From Marsupella aquatica (Eukaryota; Plantae; Marchantiophyta): DNA of 64,000 nucleotides. The translations under genes were made by a program, and so were the position numbers. Positions 12,785-23,300 of the stretch are shown here, piece by piece; positions within the stretch are counted from its first letter, which is position 1; each line of letters opens with the position of its first letter. The notes beneath the pieces were generated by a model. That model saw nothing but the letters and a program-made list of their open reading frames with translations, did no database searches and had not been told where the DNA came from. The DNA is taken from contig OZ316891.1 in the NCBI GenBank assembly GCA_973895155.1, forward strand, positions 7,743,808 to 7,807,807, given 5' to 3'.

Positions 12785-14123
12785 AACTTCTGATTATTGT
12801 ATTCTTTATAATTCTTTTATTTATTAGTCTCCCCCTTGATCTTCAGATAATAAAAGTGTATGGTAACTAGTATCAACCATCATTAAGACGATGCTAAGAT
12901 CGGACCAATCAGAAGTCAAGTCCTAGCTGCCCCATTATGGGTATGCCCAAGATTACATTTGTTGGCCCACAAGGCCTCCACATATGCCTATCTCATAATA
13001 AGAAGGGCTTCGGATTGGATATATGGGTACCTTAGATGGGGAAGGCAGAGGCAATTAACATATGCTTTATCAGCAGGTAATCAAGGAGTCACACCGTCCT
13101 CCATTTCCTAAAAACATTGATAAAGGGAGGAGAATGACATATTCTAGTCCCATACCTGGGGAGACCAAAAGAGTCAACATGAAGCCTAATGCCTCTTGTA
13201 TGATTAAGTTCCAAATATAACACTTACTCAAAGACTAACTCCAAGACTTACTCCCAAATATAGACTGGGGAAAGGGACTAAATTACTGAAAAAGGCCAAA
13301 CAAAGTATAATGGAGTAAAAGGAAAAGAGGTGGAGAGGAAAGATACCAAACTCAAAAGCAGAGGGCAAAAGTAAATCCCCAAACACTGCAAAAAGGAAGA
13401 AATAAGAGAAACCATGGGAACTAGCTAATGGTCCACATAGAGTGTCCTAAAAAAGTCTCCAAGTCGGGCTAGCACTTTTATTGCAATTAGAAGCTGTCAT
13501 GGCAACCCAAACTCTACTCACCATGAGCTCAAAAGCTTGGTACAGTCATGACGATGAACACTTGGTAAATTGTTCAAGGTGACATCTGTCTCTCACATGG
13601 TAGTGACACACCTCTTTAATTGACTTGGGGTAATAAAGTGCACAACAAATTGGTGCCACAAACGGGCCACAAACACTAATCTAACTGTCTGATGTTGCGT
13701 CCAACAGGTCATATCAAAATTTGGGATTAATTATTGGTTCCCATATGAAAAGGTCTTGGGGGTACTTTCATGTACATCATTCCTACACTTGCCCCATCTC
13801 TTTTACCCTTTATCCATGGATGTCCAGCACTAGGTCCAACATGGACACTGGTGATTGTCAGGTAAAGGATGTGGTTAGGATAGAAACAGTATTATTATAA
13901 TGAATATTTTGAGAAATCCTTATACGATCCTTGACTCAAAACCTCACTATAAATCAACACTATCAGCACCATAACTGTAGGACCTGTTCCAGGTTTAGGG
14001 TGAAGCTTCTAGTGACATTGTTAAATGCATGTCAACCGCATTGAACATTACATGGTTGAGATAAGAAATAAATTTTTTGAAAATGAGGGACCCTTACATA
14101 ATGTACTTGTAAATTAATATTAC

Positions 14124-15050
14124 TGAAACTTTGAGAACTTATATAGAAATTAATTAAGAGTATGTTTTGATATAACAATTGCAATCCTAGCCCAATTTTA
14201 TTACCCATATTTACAAGAAAATGTTCATTTTAGTAGTGGTTGTGTAGGAAATAGGCCCTTGTTTCACAAAGGAAAGTCAACAGCCAGTCTACACCAAAAA
14301 TAAAAAAGAGATACTACAAACTACTGATTTCTGGCAAACTTGTTCATCTCTTATTCATCTAGGTGTGATGGTATATCCATTAATCTTTCTGTCTCTTTAT
14401 TTAAATTATCCAAATTCCAAGGCAAGCAACCCAACTAGTTTGGAAATTTTGCAACCATGTCTTTTCCTACAAACTTGTGGTTTTAAAGGAAAACTGATCA
14501 TGATAATTATTCCATGGTTGCCAACCTCATGAGAGCAGTCTTATATATGTGGGGGCATCCAATCCAGACAGGGAGTACACCAGGTTTTAAATTGGATGAG
14601 TTTTGGATTTTTTTCTAATTGCAATGTGGGATTGAAAAACCTAGGATGTCTTGTTGAGATTGTGAAAGTCAAATCAAGGAGTCAAAGAGTCAAAACTCTT
14701 TAGTGAACCAATCAGAAAAAAACTATTCTTCATTCTTGGACCAAAAGTGAATTTTTTTATCATTGGAGCTCCAAGGGATGTCCCATATTAGGCTTAAAAT
14801 GTTTTTGGCTAATAAATCCCTTAAGATAGGAAAATGTTTTTTTGAAATTTTTGTTGACCCCTAATTTTATAGAAAATTCTAGAAATATTATTGTTATTTG
14901 TATTAAAAGCTCTATAATTTATTTTTTAATTTCAAAATTGGATTAAAGCATACCTATTGGTATCTAGAAAAATACTTTTGCCCAATCAAATTAACAATCA
15001 AATTAAAAAAATTCCTAACTTATTTTTGCACGATGGGTTGGATAAAAGCA
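14124..15050. repeat. ~920-bp direct repeat, copy 1 (pairs with 16782-17697)
   Basis: Collinear similarity from TGAAA..TTGAGAACTTATATA through to GATGGxTTGGATAAA. Shared blocks include ATATTTACAAGAAAATGTTCATTTTAGTAGTGGTTGTGTAG and GGTTGCCAACCTCATGAGAGCAGTCTTA. Confidence 0.92.
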
Positions 15051-15431
15051 GTGATGACCCCAGGTTTTTTAATGCTCAGCACTCGGGTCAGCACTTGTTG
15101 TTCTGGAGAATTTCCTATTTTAATAATCTATTTTATTTTATGAGAAGTATATATTAGGGAATTCACTTTACATGTGAGTGTATGGAGGAGTATATACTAC
15201 TTTTTTTCATCCTTTATTTTTAAATTTTTTGCAAAGCATGACTCAAATATATGCATTTTCTTCCACCTGGTTATTACAGATCTCCGTAGTAGATCTAGCC
15301 CTCAAGCTTGAGGACTATAGTTGAATTCAATCATGAAGTAACTAGAGATAGTCTTGCTAGGTCTCATGCAAACTATGAAGAGCATACAGTGCAAGGGAAT
15401 GAGCAGGCAGCTGAATGATAGGGATTGAGCA

Positions 15432-16444
15432 GGCAACAACTGCAATTCTACCACTGCCAAAGCAGCTATAGGCATTCAAGACAATTGCAAAGACTGCATA
15501 GATTCTGAGAAGAAAATCAGCTTGGAAAATAGTTGCCAAAGCAGTGGCAAAGAATCTGCCTACAATGAATGTTATCAAAGCATATGATAGTAAATTGGAG
15601 GCCGCATTCGCAATTGCATAGTTGATAAAAAAAGATGCAACTGTGACCTACGCCCCTATGTAACATAACTGAGCAAGGAAGACAAACATCATGTTGTACT
15701 GTCTCCATAAAGGCCCGTGACTGATCTTCTGATCAGACTTATAAATCTGAATATTATCCGTGGTTGACAATTGCAGCATATCCTTTGAGACTTTGGGGAG
15801 CTTGGCAAAAATAAAAAAGAGTGCATCAGCAGCAATAGCAAGATATACATACTAGATGTTCACAAGGTTGTTGGCATATGCTCCTGTAAACACATACTTT
15901 GAAGCAATAAAAGTGCCGATGAAAGAAGCCACACCGTTCCATGACTGGCAAAACTGCAATCGAGCAGAGTCAGATGCTGGATCACCAATGACGATTGCAT
16001 AGGAGTTGACAACTATCTCAAGAGTCGCAAGCCCACAAACAATCACAAGAGTGCATGCACAAAAGCCGCCAAATAAAATCGTGCGATGTGAGTAGCTGCT
16101 GTAGTGTGCTATCGGCCAAAAAAATGGCTCCAAGAGAATAGAGAAAAAACCCCATAAGAATAGTGACTTTGTATCCTTTGTGTCTCATGACTTTATCTGC
16201 AATTGGAGAAAACAACAGATAACCACCACCAAAGTACACTACTTGGAGACCCGTCGATTCTAGATGTGTGATATGGAGGACTACTTGAAAATGCTTGTTC
16301 AACACATCCAACAAGCTATACGAAAAGCCCCACAAAAAAGACAAAGAAATTAAAAGTGTGCATGAGGGGGTAGACAAGAGCCATGCCCCTCAAAAATCAT
16401 GTGAATAGAGGCACAAAAGTGATAGAAAAGCCGGCTCCTGCCAT
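15432..16444 (-). pseudogene. fucP: Fungal-type L-fucose/glucose-galactose permease (MFS, FucP family), frameshifted and C-terminally truncated
   Basis: Joined frames give MAGAGF..LRGMALVYPL..LISLSFLWGFSYSLLDVLNKHFQ..ESTGLQVVYFGGGYLLFSPIA..GYKVTILMG..LGAIF/FWPIAH..FGGFCACTLVIVCGLATLE..NSYAIVIGDPASDSARLQFCQSWNGVASFIG..QYNMMFVFLAQLCYIGA*VTVASFFINYA..ITFIVGRFFATALA. These are FucP-family motifs in the form I recall from ascomycete proteins. No introns are evident. Confidence 0.85.
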
Positions 16445-16565
16445 GGCGATGACCAAGTACCAAGTAGAATGCTATCTGCAAAGCTCCTCCCACTCACACA
16501 CTGCAATCCTAAAGCAAAATGTCATTACAATTTGAACCAAAAATACCAGGTTGATAAAAACTTGC

Positions 16566-16783
16566 AATAGCCAGGAGCATGTATAGTGGAGAAAAGACAT
16601 TTCAACTAGAAAGTGGAACAACCCAGATCATACTCTAGAAAAAAAAGACATTTACTCAAGAAATTGGACTAGCCCAGAGCACGTGCTATAGGAAAAATAC
16701 ATCTAGGCAAGAAGTTAGAACAACCGAGAGCATGAGCCTTAGAAAAAAAGACATTTTGCCCAATTGGAATAGCCAAGAGCATG
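16566..16783. repeat. ~51-bp degenerate tandem repeat (about 4.5 copies) upstream of the fucP pseudogene
   Basis: Consensus GGAATAGCCCAGAGCATG..TAGAAAAAAGACATTT recurs at ~51-bp intervals. Confidence 0.75.
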
Positions 16784-17697
16784 AAATTATTGAGAACTTA
16801 TATATAAATTAATCAATTAAGAGTATATTTTGATATAACACATGAAATCCTAGCCCAAATTTGTTATCCATATTTACAAGAAAATGTTCATTTTAGTAGT
16901 GGTTGTGTAGAAAATAGGCCTTGTTTCACAAAATAAAGTCAACAGCCAGTATACACCAAAAATAAAAAAGAGACACTACAACTACCAATTTCTGGCAAAC
17001 TTATTCATCTAGGTGTGATGGCATTTCCAACCTTAATCCTTCTTTCTCTTTATTTCAATCATCCAAATTCCAAGGAAAGTAACTCAACTAGTTTGGAAAT
17101 TTTGCAACCATGTCTTTTACTACAAAATTTGTGGTTTTAAAGGAAAACTGATCATGATAATTATTCTATGGTTGCCAACCTCATGAGAGCAGTCTTACAT
17201 ATGTGGGGGCATCAATTCAGAGAGGGACTACACCAGGTCAGGTTTTAAATTGGATGAGTTTTGGACTTTTTTCTAATTGCAATGTGGGATTGAAAAACCT
17301 AGAATGTCTTATTGAGATTGTGAAAGTCAAACCAACGAGTCAAAGAGTCAAGACTCTTTAGTTAACCAAGCAGAAAAAACTATTTTTCATTCTTGGACCA
17401 AAAATGAATTTTCTTTATCATTGGGGCTCCAAGAGAGGTGCCATATTATGTATGAACTTTTTGGCTAATATACAACCTTAAGATAAAAAAACGTTTTTTT
17501 GAACTTTTTGTTTACCCCTTACTGTAGATAATTCTAGAAATTATATCAATATTTGTATTAAAAACTCTATAATTCTTATAATTCTCAAAATTGGATTAAA
17601 GCACACCTATTGCTATCTAGAATTAAAAAAAAAATACTTTTGCCCAATCAAACTAAGAAAAACCTAACTTATTTTTGGACGATGGTTTGGATAAACA
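16782..17697. repeat. ~915-bp direct repeat, copy 2
   Basis: See copy 1; visibly diverged from it by scattered substitutions and small indels. Confidence 0.92.
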
Positions 17698-17764
17698 GAC
17701 ATTCCAATTAGCAGCCCCAATGAGGTTACACCCCAAGGTTACATTAGATAGTGTTAAAAGTTGA

Positions 17765-20010
17765 CACTACTATATGGTGAATCAGCTTTCAGTATTTGTC
17801 TTATAGATATATTCTCTTATATAGTTTTTTTTCCAATGTGCTATAAGAAGGTTCATCATGTGTATTATTTAGATTATAAATGACTTTGGCGCCTCCCTTA
17901 ATATTTTTAATCTTGCTATCCCACAACGCTCCTTTTCCTGAGCATTCAGATTTCAATATATTGCATCCAAGCCCTTTACGAAATTTTATGGAATTTCAAT
18001 GATTCTCTCTCCTCTCATGAATTAGAGAGAAAATATGAAGCTGCTATATGGTGAATTCATCTTTCAGATTTGTCTTATTCATATTTTGTGTAAAGTATTT
18101 TTATTTTAATGTGCCTTAACAAGGTGAATCTCTTGTAATAATATGATTTTGAATTAACTTTTAGACCCCTTTTAATTTGAGTGAATTTAGATTATTTTGA
18201 ATGTATTTGGCTCCCCCTCATAAAGGTTTAATATTTTTTTTCTATCATTCTTTAGTGAATTTTTTTTCTCATATGAATGAAAGAAATGAATTTGAACAAT
18301 GTGCACATCTGATGTATTATAATTCACTTTAATTATAAAATTTATGGTTTTAATTGAGTTAACTGTTATTATCTAGAAACAAATAAAACTTTATAGTGTA
18401 TGTTCTTGGCATATATATTTACATGTACCTACTTTTTTTATTCTAAAATAAATTACATATCAAGTTTACAAGACAAAAAAAAGAGACATGTTTGAGGATG
18501 AACATGCTATATCGTTAATGTGGACACGTACATCCTGGTTTAAGTTTTACTCGTACTTTTCTTTCCTATCGTGATGGTTTTTATTGTCATTATCTAAGGC
18601 AAGTGAGTATCTTCTGTACCTCTTATGAGCCCATTGATTTGGGTGTCATTAGTGCAAATGAGAATCTGTACCTTGTGTGCCCAACTTTTTCTTTATGCAC
18701 AACTTTTTCTTTATGCACTTTTTTTTTCACTATGTGAGTGATCGAGATGTACTTTTCTTTGGCATGTGCTGTACTTTGACTCTTGTATTTTACCTCACTC
18801 AATCTTATCAAATACTAGTATCCAATAGTAATTTACACCCGGAAGTTCTCAATTATTTTCTTTATATATATCATGGAGATATTTGTTTGTTGAAACCCAA
18901 AATGAAACTTGTTACTTGATCAACCCCTTTAGGTCTATCAACAATCTAGATCTGAGATCTAAAGGCCCATCAACGGTCCAAATTGGGGAAAAGCATGGAG
19001 GGGGTTGATTAAGCAAACGTTTTCAAGAAGGGGGTCTACTAAGCAATATCTCTCTACATCATGTGGTGTGGAAGTAAATATAGTGTTTGTTTATTGGGTT
19101 GAGAAGATTATTTTAAAATATTTGTGGAAGAATGATAGTATTTTTAAAGTCCAATTTTGAAAATTATAAGATAATATAGGGTTCAGAAATGAATTTTTGG
19201 ATATGTTTAGAATATACCCAAAAATAAGGGAAGAAAAATAGTTCAAATTTTTTGTTATTTTTTAGGGTGTTTTATAGCTAAAACATCGAATGTATTATGA
19301 GACCCCCTTTAGAGTGAGGCCCCTGAGATTTACATATAGCATGCTCATCCTGGAACATGCTTTACTTTTTGTCTGGTAGTGATGTGTAAGTGGATAAAAT
19401 TAGAGAGTAAAACTAGAATGTGAATAATATAAGTAAAATACATGCAAATAAAAGCATATAGTGACCAATGAAAATTACAATTACATTTTATGACACAAAG
19501 ATGCTACGAGTGGTGCATTACTTCAATGTGCCTTATTAATGACATTCATTTCAATAAAAACCATGAACTTAGGAAAGAAAGCCATGAGGGGAACTTAAGA
19601 CATGATGTGTTCTTCACTTAGAATCATTCCTCTTACTCATGAGAATACTTAAAAAGTGGTAGAAAATGAAACCCTTGGTTTCTCTCTAGGAGATAACAAA
19701 GTTTCAAAATTAAGGGGGCTGCCAAATAAATTCAAAATACTATAGGATACCAAACTTTAAAGGGGTTCAAAAATGAATTAAAAGTCTCTATGATACAAAG
19801 GATGCCTCTTATTAAGGTACATTCAAATAAAAATACATGACACAAAAATCTCAATAAGACAAAACATGAAAGTTGGATTCACCATATAGCAGCTTCAAAA
19901 TTTTTGAAGTACTATGAGACCCCCTTTAGAGTGACGCCCCTGAGATTTACACATCACTACAAGAAAAAATCATGCATGCTCCAGGATGAACATGCTATAA
20001 TATGGACGCC
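17765..20010. mobile_element. Decayed AT-rich fold-back/non-autonomous DNA-transposon region with nested inverted and direct repeats
   Basis: 18037-18124 is the reverse complement of ~19805-19896 (GAAGCTGCTATATGGTGAAT...). AGGATGAACATGCTATA at ~18495 and ~19983 is inverted at ~19335-19351. Direct repeat TATGAGACCCCCTTTAGAGTGAxGCCCCTGAGATTTACA at ~19296 and ~19913. Confidence 0.55.
18876..19054. mobile_element. Mutator-like MITE, same family as 2953-3112
   Basis: Left end GAGATATTTGTTTGTTGAAACCCAAAATGAAACTTGTTACTTGAT, with an imperfect inverted right end ..AAGCAATATCTCTC. TSD TATATCATG (18867-18875) / TACATCATG (19055-19063). Confidence 0.7.
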
Positions 20011-20163
20011 CCACAGGTAGTGTGGTTACACCCTTACTATTTTGCACCAATTAAAGGTGGTTGCACCCCAGTTATGTGGGATAGTTTACACCCCTTCACA
20101 GTAAGTCAAGCCTTCAAAAATACTAATTTATTCAGATTTCAACAAAAATTTCACTACTCTTGG

Positions 20164-20300
20164 TTGGTAGGGCTGAGTGTTGGTTTTAGTGGGTCTGGAC
20201 AGATTTGGGACTCCTATGCTGTTTACTGGGGAGCATATTCTTGGTAGGGCTGAGAGTGTTGGTTTTAGTGGGTCTGCACAGATATGGGACACATGCTTTA
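20164..20300. repeat. ~76-bp tandem duplication
   Basis: TTGGTAGGGCTGAG(AG)TGTTGGTTTTAGTGGGTCTGxACAGATxTGGGAC occurs twice. Confidence 0.85.
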
Positions 20301-23300
20301 CTCGGGAGCTTTATCAGGCTTTAAAGTTGGCCAATAGGGCTCTATGTTGGGCTTTTTGTTCTTTGGTCTTTTTTGAGATTTTTCCCAAGTTCTCCCCTTT
20401 TATTGGGTCTCCTGCATTCCTGTATCCAGGTTAGTTGTTTTTCTGTTATTCGGCATGTTAGGCGCTGTTGTTTCTTTGGAGTGCGATATATTATACACTG
20501 AACTGGTAGAAATGAGGGCATGTGAAAACTGAAGAACAGAAATGGGGGAACGGCCTCTTCACAACCAGTGCTCAGAATTATAAAAACACGTAATTAGAGA
20601 CCCATTGCCATGTATGGGACTGTCATCAGAAGCGAGAAACCTCAATACTGGACAACCTCGTTTCATCGGAGCAGCATGAGAATGTGGGCCCTTGCTAAGC
20701 CGGTGAGATCCATTCAATACTAGGCAGACTCTGGGCTAAGGAATGTAATCCTCTCTTGTAGAATGGGCAGACTGTAACCTTGTCTAGTAGAAATAATGGA
20801 CAGACTGTAACCTTCAAAATTATTAGATAGAGTGATGGAAACACAATGAAGAAACACAATTCGGAACACCATGATCGATGCTTGTGATACCAACGATACA
20901 CTTCGTGCATGAAATTACTCTTTTTCAGCGACATTACACTTGTGAAATGAATGAACGGATTACCGGAATTTAGGATCTGGATCTGCTTGGATGTGGAGAA
21001 TATGGACGATGTTGCTCCTCTCTGGAAAATATATTTTAAGATACAAGAGCTGGAATAGATTGACAAGACGTGCAATGCCCTCGTACGACTCTCAAATTCG
21101 AGTCTTGGGGCCTTACAATCACAAACTTCACAGAGTGACCATTTAGCGTGGTCACTAGAAATGCATCCGTTCATAGATGAGGCTGTCGTGAGAGGACGAT
21201 GTGGGCCTGGTTAAACTTGATTCGGACATTTAGAAGGTTAATTAGTGCAGGCTTTGAACATTGAGGCTGAAAATAATTTTTGTCTTGAAAGGTTCAGAGA
21301 CTTGAGATTGAGGTGTAAACATTCGATATTTTGGAATTTACCTTAGTTTCAATCCTCAGATTGTATCTGCTGATCTTGGACTGTATCACTTGGTATATAG
21401 TCACGATCGCAAGGTACTCAGATTAGCCACATTGGCCAGTGTGCAGGTCCTGCAGGATGTTATCTATATTAGTTGGTTGCGAACAGTAAATTACAACAGT
21501 CCTTCACGACATTCAGTAAATAGACTGGCAGTTTGAATCACTGATAGTATCTGCGTCTCGGATTGGCTTGTAATGATACTATTGCTAATGCCATCCATGG
21601 GAAGACATACGTGAAGAGTGTTTTTGCCCCCTTTTCGAATTCAGGTCAAGATGGGAGTTCCCTAACTTGAACAATCAAAAGTTCCTTCCAGTTAGTTATA
21701 TAATGGATGCATGAGATTTCGGTAGTATGTTAAGAATTAAAATCTTGAATGACTTGTCAAGCTTGTATAGAAAGAGGATCTCCGTCGTTATTGAGAATGA
21801 ATTTGTGATTTCTGCCTGGTTATATAACGCTGCTTAACTAGGCTCTAGCTCTTTTCGTGACATGAGAATATTATGTGCATTTGTCAAACTTTGGTCAAGC
21901 AGTTGAGACTGAATGACATATTCAAGATTCCATTTCTGGTCAAACACTTAGAACACTTATTTAAACTAAATAACTATCTGAAATCCTGGATTCGAAAATG
22001 CCGTCATGATCATGTCAGTTCCAAATGTAGTCCATATCAAAGATTATATCTGCAGATGAATCAACTATTTTGTGGGACCTGACAGCCTTTTAATCGTTTT
22101 TTTTTTGTATGCGCGAAATAAACAAAAGTCCTAAATTTTCAGGTAAATCAGGTATATGATGGCATCGTAACACATGCGTTTCACACAAGTTTCAAGTGCT
22201 GAAGTTCATATCAGGAATTCTACCTTCAAAACAAATTGACTAAATTGTAATTGCCGGAATTTTGCACTGAAGCCCAGAAGCAGGCCCGAAAGTAAGCATA
22301 CGCCAACCAATGTGTACAAGCATTAACAATCTGACTAGTGTCATTTAACACATTCCGAAACTTGCCAGCTATACAAAATGGAACTGTTCAGATTTCCACC
22401 GTTGTCGAACTTGTCCAGCTTTCCTATACAGAGTCTAAATCTTCAAAAGTTTTCTACCTTGTTTGTCAAGCTACACAACGTGTAGACTACAAATCTACAC
22501 TATTCTGTCAAATTAGCTTGGCAACCTTCAATTCGTCCAGCTATCCAAAATTTATGTAGACTAGTAAGAAAACACGTATTAAGAAGTGGAATTGGCTTTC
22601 AATCGCTGGCGCCAGCAGAGTCATCGTCGGGGTCATCGTCGTGCTAGCTAGCTAACCCTGCCATCATTCCAAAAGTTGCCCATTCCACCTGGTTAGCTCC
22701 ATTTCAACCAATCGTGTTTTTTTCTGGGAACAAAGAACTGAGTCCTTCAACTGAAAGTCCGTCAGCTGAGTCGGTTGAAAGCTGTTGCGGCTGCTGCATA
22801 TATCTTTCGACTGACTGTTATTCTCGAGAACAATGTGAAAGCATATATACATAGCGTATCATGCCATGTGGAGCTACTGTTTTTGTAACGCTGAGTTGTA
22901 ACAGAAACTATGGTTGTGCTTTCTGTAACGCATTTTGCAGCATTCTCAACACATTACTGTCACACGCTATACAAGGTGATGGAACCGTGGGTCGATTTAT
23001 ACTGTAGCTCTCAAAACACGGAAGATGTGCAAATCTTACGCAGAGTAGAAAGGCCCGTTAGCCGGGATAACTAAGCGATACATGAGCTGATCCCCGTCGG
23101 TCGTGGTGGCACTGATCCCTTTGGAAAGATTACTCGAGAAACAGCAAGTTCTGGAGTTTGGCAACACGAAGCAGACAATCGCCAGCAGTTCTCGAATCGG
23201 CAACGGTGGACAATTGTAGTTCTAGCACACCAGTTCCCGAATTGAGTAACGCTACGGCATAGAAGGTTCTTGCGTCGTGGAAGAGCATCGATACTCCCAA

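Noticed and set aside
14124-17697. Bona fide LTR retrotransposon
   Set aside because: TG...CA ends are possible, but there is no TSD, PBS, PPT or gag/pol. Kept only as a hypothesis.
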